From an uncultured Collinsella sp. (GTDB lineage: Bacteria; Actinomycetota; Coriobacteriia; Coriobacteriales; Coriobacteriaceae), in NCBI GenBank assembly GCA_900543045.1, contig UQPT01000002.1, positions 17,646-81,645 on the forward strand: a stretch of DNA of 64,000 nucleotides. The letters run 5' to 3'. Of the stretch, positions 27,494 through 37,667 are shown piece after piece; the first letter of the stretch is position 1; each line of letters starts with the position of its first letter. A program made the position numbers and the translations under genes. Below the pieces are notes generated by a model. The model made no database searches. It was not told where the DNA came from and saw only the letters and a list, made by a program, of their open reading frames with translations.

Positions 27494-28147
27494 CTACTTG
27501 TCGCCTGCTGCCGCCTTGGCCTCATTGAGGTAGCTATAGAAGCTGTACTTGGAGATGCCAAAGAACTCGCAGGCGCGTTCGCTCGACTTGGAAATGAGGA
27601 AGGCGCCGCGACGGTCGAGGTAGCCAATGGCACGAATGCGCTCGTCTTTGGTCATGAGCGCCGCGGGCTTGCCCACAAACTGCTCGCACTCGTGCAGCAG
27701 GTCCTCGAGCAGGTCGCCGATGTTCTTGGTAATGGGCTCGGGCTCGGTGTAGCCCGTGCCGCCGGTGCCGGTAAAGGCGTCGAGCGAACGCTCAAAAGCC
27801 TTCATAAGCGTAATGTCAAAGTTGATGCCCAAAATGCCGACGGGCTTGCCCTCGTCGTTGCGGATAAAGATGGTCGAGGACTTGAGCAGCTTGCCATCGG
27901 CGGTTTTGGTGAGGTACGGCTCGCGGTCGTGCACGTCGGCGGTGCCCTCGTGCATGGATTCAAGCACAATATGGCTGGGGCCGTCACCCAGTTTGCGCCC
28001 GCTAACGTGGCCGTTTTCGATCACTACGATGGAGCGGTCCACGTCCTCGGTCTCCAGGTCGTGGACGACGACTTCGCAGTTGGGGCCAAATTGGAGCGCC
28101 AGGCCGTGTGCAAGGCGCTTGTAGAACTCAATCTGTGCGGGGGTCAT
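27494..28147 (-). CDS. YheO/DauR-like PAS + HTH transcriptional regulator (second copy)
   Basis: FGPNCEVVVHD, NGHVSGRKLG, LKSSTIFIR and GAFLISKS...FGISKYSFYSYL; divergent from dpaL. Confidence 0.9.
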   Translation of the reverse strand: MTPAQIEFYKRLAHGLALQFGPNCEVVVHDLETEDVDRSIVVIENGHVSGRKLGDGPSHIVLESMHEGTADVHDREPYLTKTADGKLLKSSTIFIRNDEGKPVGILGINFDITLMKAFERSLDAFTGTGGTGYTEPEPITKNIGDLLEDLLHECEQFVGKPAALMTKDERIRAIGYLDRRGAFLISKSSERACEFFGISKYSFYSYLNEAKAAAGDK

Positions 28148-28268
28148 GGGTGCCTTCCTAAAAATTAGTTTGGGCTCACTGTGCCATAAACCCCACTTGT
28201 TCGCAAATAACGAAAGCGCCGCTGTGTTATGTGACCGTTCGGCGGCGAAAAGGTACCGATTACGGCAA

Positions 28269-28334
28269 CAAACAATTTGTTAGGTTTTCCAATCAAAAAG
28301 TGTGATAGAACAGTGCTAACAAACTTTTTGTTTG
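28269..28334. promoter_or_regulatory. Paired palindromic candidate operators in the regulator/dpaL divergent promoter
   Basis: CAAACAATTTGTTAG (28269) and CAAACTTTTTGTTTG (28320). Confidence 0.45.
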
Positions 28335-28424
28335 GCATCCACATAAAAGTTCAGCCGTGTGAATGGGATCGGGCTGAAACGCGTATGCGGGGGCCGGCAA
28401 GAGAGAACTTAAGGAGTTCACCGT

Positions 28425-29639
28425 ATGGCCGATAAGATCCAGTGGGCGGGCAACACGATGCCCAAGAGCGATGACAAGCACTTGGGAATCATGAGCCTCG
28501 ACCACGTGAAGAAGGCCCGCGCCTTCCACCAGTCGTTCCCCCAGTACACCGTCACTCCGCTTGCCCGCCTGGATGGCCAGGCCGCGCGCCTAGGCCTGTC
28601 CAACCTGTGCGTTAAGGACGAGAGCTATCGCTTTGGCCTCAACGCCTTTAAGGTCCTGGGCGGATCGTTTGCCATGGCCAACTACATTGCCGACGAGACC
28701 GGCAAGGACGTTGCCGAGTGCACCTTCGATTACCTGACCTCCGATCAGCTTGCCAAGGACTTTGGCCAGGCCACCTTCTTTACCGCCACCGACGGCAACC
28801 ATGGCCGCGGCGTGGCATGGGCTGCCAACAAGCTGGGCCAGAAGGCCGTCGTGCACATGCCCAAGGGTTCCACCAAGCCCCGCTTCGATAACATTGCCGC
28901 CGAGGGCGCCACGGTGACCATCGAAGAGGTCAACTACGACGAGTGCGTGCGCATGGCCGCCGCCGAGGCCGACGCCTGCGAGCGCGGCGTCATCGTTCAG
29001 GACACCGCCTGGGAGGGCTACGAGAAGATCCCGTCCTGGATCATGGAGGGTTACGGCACCATGGCTTCCGAGGCTGCCGAGCAGCTGCGCGAGATGGCTA
29101 TCAACCGCCCGACGCACGTCTTTGTCCAGGCTGGCGTAGGCTCGCTCGCCGGCGCCGTGGTGGGCTACTTCACCAACCTGTATCCCGATAACCCGCCCAC
29201 CTTCGTCGTGGTTGAGTGCGCACCGGCCGCCTGCCTGTACAAGGGCGCTGCCGCCGGCGACGGAGATCCGCGCATCGTGGACGGTGACATGCCCTCCATC
29301 ATGGCCGGCCTGTGCTGCGGCGAGCCCAACATCTTGGGCTGGGATATCCTGCGCAACCACACCACCGCCTTCGTGTCCTGCCCCGACTGGGTCACCGCTC
29401 GCGGCATGCGCACCCTGGGCGCTCCCGAGAAGGGCGACCCGCGCGTCATCTCCGGCGAGTCCGGCGCAGTGACCACCGGTCTGGTCGAGACCCTCATGCT
29501 CGACCCCGAGTACGCCGAGCTCAAGGAGCTCATCGGCCTGGACAAGACGAGCTCCGTGCTCTGCTTCTCCACCGAGGGCGACACCGATCCGGATCAGTAC
29601 CGTCGCATCGTCTGGGAGGGCGAGTACCCGACTTGCTAG
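28425..29639 (+). CDS. dpaL: Diaminopropionate ammonia-lyase (YgeX)
   Basis: KDESYRFGLNAFKVLGG (PLP Lys), TATDGNHGRG, QAGVGS, SGESGA and STEGDTD. Confidence 0.95.
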   Translation: MADKIQWAGNTMPKSDDKHLGIMSLDHVKKARAFHQSFPQYTVTPLARLDGQAARLGLSNLCVKDESYRFGLNAFKVLGGSFAMANYIADETGKDVAECTFDYLTSDQLAKDFGQATFFTATDGNHGRGVAWAANKLGQKAVVHMPKGSTKPRFDNIAAEGATVTIEEVNYDECVRMAAAEADACERGVIVQDTAWEGYEKIPSWIMEGYGTMASEAAEQLREMAINRPTHVFVQAGVGSLAGAVVGYFTNLYPDNPPTFVVVECAPAACLYKGAAAGDGDPRIVDGDMPSIMAGLCCGEPNILGWDILRNHTTAFVSCPDWVTARGMRTLGAPEKGDPRVISGESGAVTTGLVETLMLDPEYAELKELIGLDKTSSVLCFSTEGDTDPDQYRRIVWEGEYPTC

Positions 29640-29653
29640 CAGGCTGACCTGTC

Positions 29654-29772
29654 CGGAGGCAGCCGGAGGACTTTACTCCCTGCTCGGACAGTCCTGCTCG
29701 CACGGAGAGCACATTAAGTGCTCTCCGGCTCGTGCGGAACTCGCGACGGAGCAAAGTCCTCCGTCCGCCTCC
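29654..29772. repeat. Long branched palindromic element between dpaL and ygeY
   Basis: CGGAGGACTTTACTCC / GGAGCAAAGTCCTCCG outer stem enclosing GGAGAGCAC-ATTAA-GTGCTCTCC. Confidence 0.6.
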
Positions 29773-29876
29773 TATGGTTGCTTGCTTGCCGGGTGCTCGA
29801 CCTCACGCTGCTTGGCACAAGTGATCTATCTGAAATATCTACCTGTAGGTAAACCCTTGTAGAAAGGTTGACTGTT

Positions 29877-31262
29877 ATGACTAAGGAACTCGATTTCGAG
29901 GCAATTAAAAACGCTGCTGAGTCTCACCGCGCTGACATGACCCGCTTCCTGCGCGCCATGATCTCGCACCCCTCTGAGTCCTGCGAGGAGGGCGAGGTTG
30001 TCGCTTGCATCAAGGCCGAGATGGAGAGCCTTGGCTATGACGAGGTCAAGGTCGATGGCTTGGGTAACGTCATGGGCTTTATGGGCGAGGGCGACAAGAT
30101 CATCGCCATCGACTCCCACATCGACACCGTCGGCATCGGCAACATCGAGAACTGGGATGCCGATCCCTATGAGGGCTACGAGACCGACGAGATCATCTAC
30201 GGCCGCGGCGGCTCTGACCAGGAGGGCGGTATGGCTTCTGCTACCTACGCTGCCAAGATGATGAAGGACATGGGCCTCATCCCCGAGGGCTACAAGATCA
30301 TGGTCGTCGGCACCGTCCAGGAAGAGGACTGCGACGGCATGTGCTGGCAGTACATCTACAACAAGGACGGCATTAAGCCCGAGTTCGTCATTTCCACCGA
30401 GCCTACCGACGGCGGCATCTATCGCGGTCACCGCGGCCGCATGGAGATCCGCGTCGACGTTCACGGCACCTCCTGCCACGGCTCCGCTCCCGACCGCGGC
30501 GACAACGCCATTTACAAAATGGCCGACATCATCGCCGACGTCCGCGCCCTCAACAACAACGGCTGCGACGAGTCGACCGACATCAAGGGCCTCGTCAAGA
30601 TGCTCGACCCCAAGTACAACCCCGAGCACTTCGAGGACGCCCGCTTCCTGGGCCGCGGCACCTGCACCGTCAGCCAGATCTTCTACACCAGCCCCAGCCG
30701 CTGCGCTGTCGCTGACTCCTGCGCCATCTCCATCGACCGTCGCATGACCGCCGGCGAGACCTGGGAGTCCTGCCTGGACGAGATCCGCAACCTGCCGGCC
30801 GCCAAGAAGTACGGCGACGACGTGAAGGTCTCCATGTACATGTACGACCGTCCGTCCTGGACCGGCGAGGTTTACGAGACCGAGGCTTACTTCCCCACGT
30901 GGATCAACAAGGAGACCGCTCCGCACGTCAAGGCCCTCGCCGACGCCCACAAGGCCATGTTCGGTGACGAGCGCATCGGCTGCGAGCCCAGCATGGACAA
31001 GCGCACCGGTCGTCCGCTGTGCGACAAGTGGACCTTCTCCACGAACTGCGTTTCCATCCAGGGCCGCTATGGCATCCCCTGCGTTGGCTTTGGCCCGGGT
31101 GCCGAGTCTCAGGCTCACGCTCCCAACGAGGTCACCTACAAGGACGACCTGGTCACCGCTGCTGCCATGTACGTGGCTGCCCTGAACCTCTACGATCCGA
31201 GCCAGGCCGATGGCGACGCTACCGTGTTCCGCGCTGGTCTGACCAACAACAAGATCGACTAG
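29877..31262 (+). CDS. ygeY: YgeY-family M20 hydrolase
   Basis: [46 protein letters not shown] and QAHAPNE. Confidence 0.92.
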   Translation: MTKELDFEAIKNAAESHRADMTRFLRAMISHPSESCEEGEVVACIKAEMESLGYDEVKVDGLGNVMGFMGEGDKIIAIDSHIDTVGIGNIENWDADPYEGYETDEIIYGRGGSDQEGGMASATYAAKMMKDMGLIPEGYKIMVVGTVQEEDCDGMCWQYIYNKDGIKPEFVISTEPTDGGIYRGHRGRMEIRVDVHGTSCHGSAPDRGDNAIYKMADIIADVRALNNNGCDESTDIKGLVKMLDPKYNPEHFEDARFLGRGTCTVSQIFYTSPSRCAVADSCAISIDRRMTAGETWESCLDEIRNLPAAKKYGDDVKVSMYMYDRPSWTGEVYETEAYFPTWINKETAPHVKALADAHKAMFGDERIGCEPSMDKRTGRPLCDKWTFSTNCVSIQGRYGIPCVGFGPGAESQAHAPNEVTYKDDLVTAAAMYVAALNLYDPSQADGDATVFRAGLTNNKID

Positions 31263-31463
31263 TCCCATTCCTTGATCTTGTTGAGCCGGGGACAGCCTGT
31301 GTCCCCGGCACCCCCTGTTGACTTGGGGCCCGCGGTCGTTATCTCCCATGCTTCCTCAACGGTAGCGGGTCCTCGTCATAGCGCTCTGCATGTTCTAGCC
31401 ACACGCGCATGCCGGAGCACATCTACTCATTGCGATCGTTTCATCTATGGAAAGGATATTTAC

Positions 31464-32666
31464 ATGGACGCCAAGTTTACCGAGCTCGTCGAGCAGCTGA
31501 ACGGCCTCGATTTTAAGGGCATGTACGGCAGCGACTTCCTGCACACCTGGGATAAGACCACCGATGAGCTCAAGGCTCTCTACATCGTTGCCGACGCCCT
31601 GCGCGAGCTGCGTGAGAACAACGTTTCGTCCAAGATCTTCGACTCGGGCCTGGCCGTCTCCCTGTTCCGCGACAACTCCACCCGTACGCGCTTCTCCTTC
31701 TCTAAGGCCGCCAACCTGCTCGGCCTCGAGCTGCAGGACCTGGACGAGAAGAAGTCCCAGATCGCTCACGGCGAGACCGTCCGCGAGACCGCTACCATGA
31801 TCTCCTTCATGGCCGACGTCATCGGCATCCGCGACGACATGTACATCGGCAAGGGCGACGCCTACATGGCCGAGGTCTCCGAGTCTGTCCAGCAGGCCTA
31901 CGAGGACGGCGTTCTGGATCACCGTCCCACGCTCATCTCCTTGCAGTCCGACTCCGATCACCCCACGCAGTCCTCTGCCGACATGCTCTACCTCATCAAC
32001 GAGTTTGGCGGCCTCGAGAACCTCAAGGGCAAGAAGGTTGCCGTCACCTGGGCCTACTCGCCCTCTTACGGCAAGCCGCTGTCCTGTCCGCAGTCGCTGA
32101 TCAGCCTGCTGCCCCGTTTTGGCATGGACGTCACTTTGGCCCACCCCGAGGGCTACGACCTCATGCCCGAGGTCGTCGAGCGCGCCAAGGGCTACGCCGC
32201 CGAGTCCGGCACCACCTTTAAGCAGGTCAACACCATGGCCGAGGCCTTCGAGGGCGCCGACATCGTGATCCCCAAGAGCTGGGCTCCGTTTGCCGCCATG
32301 GAGAAGCGTACCAACCTGTACGCGGAGGGCGACGACGCCGGCATCGCAGCGCTCGAGAAGGAGCTGCTCGCTCAGAACGCCACCCATCAGGACTGGTGCT
32401 CCACGACCGAGCTCATGGAGAAGACCGCCAACGGCCAGGACACTATCTTTATGCACCCGCTGCCCGCCGACATCTCCGGTGTCTCCTGCGAGCGCGGCGA
32501 GGTCAACGCCGACGTCTTTGACATGCACCGCGTGGGCATGTACAAGGAGGCCAGCTACAAGCCGTACGCCATCGCAGCCATGATGTTCCTGCAGAAGGTT
32601 GCCGATCCCGCCGCTACCCTCAAGGCCCTCGACGAGCGCAACACCGCCCGTTGGTTCCAGGCCTAA
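31464..32666 (+). CDS. ygeW: YgeW knotted carbamoyltransferase
   Basis: FRDNSTRTRFS, DHPTQ, WAYSPSYGKPLS and MHPLPADI. Confidence 0.93.
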   Translation: MDAKFTELVEQLNGLDFKGMYGSDFLHTWDKTTDELKALYIVADALRELRENNVSSKIFDSGLAVSLFRDNSTRTRFSFSKAANLLGLELQDLDEKKSQIAHGETVRETATMISFMADVIGIRDDMYIGKGDAYMAEVSESVQQAYEDGVLDHRPTLISLQSDSDHPTQSSADMLYLINEFGGLENLKGKKVAVTWAYSPSYGKPLSCPQSLISLLPRFGMDVTLAHPEGYDLMPEVVERAKGYAAESGTTFKQVNTMAEAFEGADIVIPKSWAPFAAMEKRTNLYAEGDDAGIAALEKELLAQNATHQDWCSTTELMEKTANGQDTIFMHPLPADISGVSCERGEVNADVFDMHRVGMYKEASYKPYAIAAMMFLQKVADPAATLKALDERNTARWFQA

Positions 32667-32689
32667 AGCCGCGCTGAGGTAAGCCATGT

Positions 32690-32728
32690 AAAGGGGGCGC
32701 TCTGCCAACCGGCGGGGTGCCCCTTTTT
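32690..32728 (+). terminator. Intrinsic terminator after ygeW
   Basis: AAAGGGGGCGCTCTGCC / GGCGGGGTGCCCCTTTTT hairpin. Confidence 0.7.
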
Positions 32729-32816
32729 GCATCGTGGGCGTGCGGGATAAGCGCTTTCGATGTAGATGCCCCGCGACGCGAGTTATGGGTACGATGGTTT
32801 CAGGGGAGGTATCGCC

Positions 32817-33431
32817 ATGAAACTTGGTTGCGTCATTATGGCTTCGGGCGAGGGCAAGCGATTTGGCTCTAACAAGATGCTCGCCGATATCTATGGCGAG
32901 CCGCTGATTGCCCGGACCATTGATTCGGTTCCCCGGGGCTTTGACGTCGTGGTTTCGACGCGTTGGCCCGAGGCCGCTCAGATTTGTGATGACAAGCATT
33001 GCCCGTGCGTGCTGCACGATGGCGAGCTGCGCAGCGAAAGCGTCCGTGCGGGCCTTTCGTGGGGAGTCGAACGCAACTGGAAAGGTTGCCTCTTTTTGCC
33101 GGGTGACCAGCCGCTCGTGAGTTCGGATTCTTTTGAGGCTATGGTTCGTGCATTTGACGAGCGTGGCCGCAGGCATCCGGTGCGTCTTGCGTGCAACGGT
33201 GAGCCTTCGAGCCCGGTGCTCTTCCCAAGGCAACTGTTCCCTTCGCTCATGCTTCTCGAGGGCAAGGACGGTGGTGGGTCGATTCTCAAGGGCCGCACCG
33301 ACGTTGCGTTGGTTGAGGCACGTGCCTACGAGCTGTGGGACGTCGATACCGCCAAGGGACAGCGACGCATAACGGAGCATATCGCCGCCTGCTCGTATTT
33401 TGATCGCGTGGCCAACTGCATCAATCAATAA
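32817..33431 (+). CDS. MocA/YgfJ-like molybdenum cofactor cytidylyltransferase
   Basis: IMASGEGKRFGSNKML, PGDQP, GKDGG and DVDT NTP-transferase motifs; Xdh cluster context. Confidence 0.8.
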   Translation: MKLGCVIMASGEGKRFGSNKMLADIYGEPLIARTIDSVPRGFDVVVSTRWPEAAQICDDKHCPCVLHDGELRSESVRAGLSWGVERNWKGCLFLPGDQPLVSSDSFEAMVRAFDERGRRHPVRLACNGEPSSPVLFPRQLFPSLMLLEGKDGGGSILKGRTDVALVEARAYELWDVDTAKGQRRITEHIAACSYFDRVANCINQ

Positions 33432-33440
33432 GGAGCAATT

Positions 33441-34808
33441 ATGATCATCATCAAAAACGGCGCGCTCGTGACGCCCCAGGGGCTTCGCCGCGCCGATCTT
33501 GCCATGGATGGCGATAAGATCGTGCGGATCGCCGCGGCGATTGAGCCGGCCGAGGGCGATACCGTCGAGGATGCCGCGGGCTGCTGGGTGTTCCCAGGCT
33601 TTATCGATGGGCACACGCACATGCAGTGCTGGACTGGCATGGACTGGACGGCCGATAGCTTTGAGACCGGCACACGTGCGGCTGCCTGCGGCGGCACGAC
33701 GACCATTGTGGATTACGCCACGGCCGATCGCGGTGTGACCATGCCCGATGCCTTGGCCGAGTGGCATCGCCGCGCCGACGGAACCTGCACGGCCAACTAC
33801 GCCTTTCATATGGCGCTCGCCGAGTGGAACGAGCGCAACCGCGCCGATCTCTCTGCCATGCGCGAGGCGGGCGTATCGTCGTTCAAGACCTACTTTGCCT
33901 ACGATCATTTGCGCTTGGACGATGCCGAGACGCTCGAGGTGCTGGAGGAGCTCAAGCGCGTGGGCGGTATCCTGTGCGTGCATTGCGAGAACGGCACGCT
34001 GGTGAACGAGCTGCAGAAGCGCGTGTTTGAGCAGGGTATCCACGGGCCCGAGGGACATGCTCTCAGCCGTCCGGATGTGTGCGAGGCCGAGGCCGTGAGC
34101 CGTCTGCTGTATCTGGCGCATCTGGCCGGCGACGCACCGGTCAACGTGGTGCACCTTTCGACCAAGCTGGGGCTCGAGACCATCCGTGCCGCCAAGGCGC
34201 GCGGGCAGAAGAATATCTATGTCGAGACCTGCCCTCAGTATCTGATGCTCGACGATACGTGCTACTTGGAGCAGGGCGAGGACGGCTTTGCGGGCGCCAA
34301 GTATGTGATGAGCCCGCCGCTGCGCCATGCGGGTGATCGTGCGGCACTGCGCGAGGCGCTTGTGGCCGGCGAGATCGATACGATTGCGACCGACCACTGC
34401 AGCTTTAACCTGCACGGGCAAAAGGATCGCGGGCGCGACGACTTCCGCGCGATTCCCAACGGCGGACCCGGTGTGGAGCATCGCCCCGTCGCGATCGCCA
34501 CGAGCTTTGAGGGACAGCTGGGCCCCGAGGATCTGTGCCGCCTGATGAGCGAGAACCCGGCGCGCGTCTTTGGCATGTATCCGCGCAAGGGCTGTCTTGC
34601 CGAGGGCTCCGATGCCGACGTGTGCGTGTGGGATCCCAAGGCGCGCTGGACCATTCGCGCGGCGACGCAGCATCAGGCTGTGGACTACACGCCGCTCGAG
34701 GGCTTTGAGGCGCACGGCCGCGCCAAGGCCGTGTTTGTGAACGGCGTACTGGCTGCGCGCGACGGCGAGCCCACCGGAGCCCAGCCCGGCCGCTACGTCC
34801 CCCGCTAG
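33441..34808 (+). CDS. hydA: Dihydropyrimidinase/hydantoinase (HyuA/YgeZ-like)
   Basis: PGFIDGHTH, GGTTTIVD, SFK, VHCEN, ETCPQYL, SPPLR, ATDHC and PNGGPGVE. Confidence 0.92.
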   Translation: MIIIKNGALVTPQGLRRADLAMDGDKIVRIAAAIEPAEGDTVEDAAGCWVFPGFIDGHTHMQCWTGMDWTADSFETGTRAAACGGTTTIVDYATADRGVTMPDALAEWHRRADGTCTANYAFHMALAEWNERNRADLSAMREAGVSSFKTYFAYDHLRLDDAETLEVLEELKRVGGILCVHCENGTLVNELQKRVFEQGIHGPEGHALSRPDVCEAEAVSRLLYLAHLAGDAPVNVVHLSTKLGLETIRAAKARGQKNIYVETCPQYLMLDDTCYLEQGEDGFAGAKYVMSPPLRHAGDRAALREALVAGEIDTIATDHCSFNLHGQKDRGRDDFRAIPNGGPGVEHRPVAIATSFEGQLGPEDLCRLMSENPARVFGMYPRKGCLAEGSDADVCVWDPKARWTIRAATQHQAVDYTPLEGFEAHGRAKAVFVNGVLAARDGEPTGAQPGRYVPR

Positions 34809-34853
34809 CAGAAAGGGCGCCGGGGTAGCTAAAAGAGCCCCGTCCCAAATTAG

Positions 34854-35591
34854 CTACCCCTGGAGGCTGGTGGCGACGATGGGGCGGTCGAGAGCTGTCT
34901 CGAAGCGGTCGGCCATCGTGGGGTCGCTGAGCGTGTCGACTTGGTTGAGCATGATGCGGGCATTGTCGAGGTTCAGCATCTGCAGCTCGGCATTGAGCAC
35001 CATGGCGACGCGCTCTGGGGTGGCAGCGTCGGTGGGCTCGCAGCCGCAGCGCTCGCAGAAGAGCTCGGGGCGGTGGACAACCTTGGCGACGGGCTTGCCC
35101 AGCCCTGAGGCGCCGACGACCCAGACAACGTTTGCCGTGGCGGCGGGAATTACCGGCTCCCAGGCGGCATGCGCCTTGAGCGGGAGTCGCTTGCTGCCAT
35201 CTGCCTCGGCCAACACATAGTCAAAGCGCTGCGCCAGCTGGTCGAGCGGCTCAGCGGGGGCGGAGAGCTTGCCTGTCTCCGGGTCCAAGACGCCTGCCTG
35301 GCAGATGCTTCCGCGCACAAGGCCCGCGCAGGCCTCGCAGGTGCAGCCGGGGGCATGCAGGGTCCCCGGCTTCCAAGGCGCGGCGTCCAGGCGACGGCTC
35401 GACCCGTCCCATGGCACGCCGGCGACGGGAAACATGTGCGTGGTGGTGCAGAGGAGCACGCGGCCGCCAGCGCGCATGAGCTCGAGACCCAGCGTCTTTA
35501 GCAAGGTCGACTTGCCGCCGCTGCCGACAATCGCGGTAATGCCCGGCTCGATCTTGAGCGCGGAGGCAAGGTTTCCGCTCGTCGTTTTCAT
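34854..35591 (-). CDS. yqeC: Selenium-dependent hydroxylase accessory protein YqeC
   Basis: VGSGGKST, TTTHM and EADGSKRLPLKAHAAWEP. Confidence 0.9.
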   Translation of the reverse strand: MKTTSGNLASALKIEPGITAIVGSGGKSTLLKTLGLELMRAGGRVLLCTTTHMFPVAGVPWDGSSRRLDAAPWKPGTLHAPGCTCEACAGLVRGSICQAGVLDPETGKLSAPAEPLDQLAQRFDYVLAEADGSKRLPLKAHAAWEPVIPAATANVVWVVGASGLGKPVAKVVHRPELFCERCGCEPTDAATPERVAMVLNAELQMLNLDNARIMLNQVDTLSDPTMADRFETALDRPIVATSLQG

Positions 35592-35605
35592 CTGTTCACC
35601 GCCGT

Positions 35606-35633
35606 ATAATACTGTGATAATAAAAAATCATCA
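35606..35633 (+). promoter_or_regulatory. -10 box (TATAAT) and adjacent candidate operator upstream of yqeB
   Basis: TATAAT at 35606 followed by TGATAATAAAAAATCATCA at 35615-35633. Confidence 0.55.
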
Positions 35634-35692
35634 GAGTAGCGGTCGAACCGCTTTGCTCTGCTCAAACCGTAGCACAGGGAGGTGTCCCGGGA

Positions 35693-36487
35693 ATGCTCGT
35701 TTATGTTCGCGGCGCTGGCGATATCGCCACGGGCGTCGCCGCTCGCTTGGTACGCTCCGGCGTGTCGGTCGTTATGGCCGATATCGCGGTTCCCACGTGC
35801 ATCCGCCGCACAATCAGTTTTTGCGAGGCCATTCGCCTGGGCGAGGTCGAGGTCGAGGGCATTCGCGCTCGCTTGGCACAGACGCCGGCTGAGGCGCTTG
35901 CGATTGCCGAGGCTGGAGACGTCGCCGTCGTGGTAGACCCTCAGGCCAAGATGCTCGATGAGCTTAAACCCACGGCTGTGGTCGACGCGATTTTGGCTAA
36001 GCGCAACTTGGGCACCACGCGCGATATGGCGCCTGCCGTCATCGCCGTGGGACCGGGCTTCACCGCGCCGGTTGACTGCGACGCAGCGGTCGAAACCATG
36101 CGCGGGCATTTTTTGGGCCGCGTCATTACCCAAGGTTCGCCCCAGCCCAACACGGGCGTGCCGGGCGTCATCGCCGGCTACGGCAAGGAACGAGTTATCC
36201 ACAGCCCCGCCGCCGGCGTGTTTCGGTCCGACCGCGCAATCGGCGACATCGTGAGCGCCGGAGACGTGATTGGCTACGCGGGAGATACACCCATGTGCAC
36301 GCAGATCGATGGCTGTCTGCGCGGGCTTTTGGCGAACGGCGTGCGGGTGACTGAGGGCTTTAAATGCGCCGACGTCGATCCGCGCGGCGATGCCAGCTAT
36401 ATCAACTATATTTCGGACAAGGCGACGTCGGTCGGCGGCGGCGTGCTCGAGGCACTCGCTATGCTCACCGATGTCTTTAGAGGATAG
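35693..36487 (+). CDS. yqeB: Selenium-dependent molybdenum hydroxylase system protein YqeB
   Basis: RGAGDIATG, DAILAKRNLGT, GPGF, ETMRGHFLG, PNTGVPG, DVDPRG and ISDKA. Confidence 0.92.
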   Translation: MLVYVRGAGDIATGVAARLVRSGVSVVMADIAVPTCIRRTISFCEAIRLGEVEVEGIRARLAQTPAEALAIAEAGDVAVVVDPQAKMLDELKPTAVVDAILAKRNLGTTRDMAPAVIAVGPGFTAPVDCDAAVETMRGHFLGRVITQGSPQPNTGVPGVIAGYGKERVIHSPAAGVFRSDRAIGDIVSAGDVIGYAGDTPMCTQIDGCLRGLLANGVRVTEGFKCADVDPRGDASYINYISDKATSVGGGVLEALAMLTDVFRG

Positions 36488-36496
36488 AAGGCGGCA

Positions 36497-37540
36497 ATGG
36501 AAAAGCTCGATGTGGTGAATGCGGCGCTTGCCGCCCTGCGTGCTGGCGAGACGTGCGAGCTCGTGGTCGTGGCCGGCACGGCAGGGTCATCGCCGCGCGG
36601 CGTGGGCGCCTGGATGGCCGTCTTTGCCGATGGCAGCCAAGCGGGCACCATCGGCGGCGGCAAGATTGAGCTCTTTGCGCTGGACGAGGCGCGCGAGCTG
36701 CTGGCCGCAGGTCAATCGCGTCTGGTCCGCTACACCATGGGCGGTGAGAACTCCGATACCGGCATGATCTGCGGCGGAGCCATCTGCCTGTGCTATCTGC
36801 GCCTGGATGTATCGCAGGCGCCGTTGTTCCAGTCGGTTGCCGACATCTTGGCCTATCGGCGCATCGGCGACTTCGTCATCGACTTTGAGCCGTTTATCGC
36901 GAGCGTGCTCGAGGGCGATGTGGCCGAGTACCATGGCGAGGAATCGCGCCGCACCATTGCGGGCTGCCCCGGGCTTTCGCTGGTGGAGGAGGGGAGTAAG
37001 GTCACCTACACCAACGCCGCCTCCGAGATTCCCACGGCGCACATCGAGACGCTCTGCCCCGAGGGCCTGACCTATATCTTTGGCTGCGGCCACGTGGGCG
37101 CTGCGACGGCTCGCGTGCTCACGGCGGCGGGCTTTGCCGTCGTGGCTTGCGACGACCGCCCCGGCACGCTGACCCCCGATTGGGTGCCCGGTGTCTACGA
37201 CCGTCGTCTGGTCGACTACAAGAGCCTGAGCAAGCAGTGCCCCATCGGCCCGCGCGACCTGGTGGTCGTCGCCACGGCGGGTCACAAGTCCGATATCGAT
37301 GTGGTGATTCAGGCCATGCGCGCCAAACCCGCCTATCTGGGCTGCTTGGGCTCGCGCCGCAAGACCGCCTTTGTGCGCGCCCGCCTGGAGCAGGAGGGCT
37401 TTACGCAGGAGCAGATCGACGAGCTGCACCTGCCGATTGGTGTCGCCATCGAGGCCGAGGACCCCGAGGAGATCGCCATCTCCATCGCCGCCGAGATGAT
37501 CCACCTGCGTCGCACCAAACTCGTCCCCCGCAAGCGCTAG
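36497..37540 (+). CDS. xdhC: XdhC/CoxI-family Moco chaperone
   Basis: GSSPRGVGA, GTIGGGKIE, GMICGG, FGCGHVG, YLGCLGSRRK, PIG and PEEIAISIAAE. Confidence 0.9.
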   Translation: MEKLDVVNAALAALRAGETCELVVVAGTAGSSPRGVGAWMAVFADGSQAGTIGGGKIELFALDEARELLAAGQSRLVRYTMGGENSDTGMICGGAICLCYLRLDVSQAPLFQSVADILAYRRIGDFVIDFEPFIASVLEGDVAEYHGEESRRTIAGCPGLSLVEEGSKVTYTNAASEIPTAHIETLCPEGLTYIFGCGHVGAATARVLTAAGFAVVACDDRPGTLTPDWVPGVYDRRLVDYKSLSKQCPIGPRDLVVVATAGHKSDIDVVIQAMRAKPAYLGCLGSRRKTAFVRARLEQEGFTQEQIDELHLPIGVAIEAEDPEEIAISIAAEMIHLRRTKLVPRKR

Positions 37541-37667
37541 TCGCATCCCAAATGAGCTGCCCCAGCCCTCTGCCGCATGCGGGTCAAAATGCTACCTGTG
37601 CCATATGCCCTATAATGTCCGACCGTTGAGCGGCATGGGGCCGCTGCCTAGGGTATGGGAGGCGCAA

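Noticed and set aside
31395..34715. 1106-aa minus-strand ORF and similar long antisense ORFs (18565-21687, 15422-17956, 5010-7142, 1795-3354, 47591-49057)
   Set aside because: Shadow ORFs opposite well-supported genes, expected from high-GC codon bias; no recognisable motifs.
14086..37540. Selenocysteine (in-frame TGA) recoding in the selenium-linked cluster
   Set aside because: All enzymes appear as uninterrupted full-length ORFs; YqeB/YqeC systems use a labile selenium cofactor rather than Sec.
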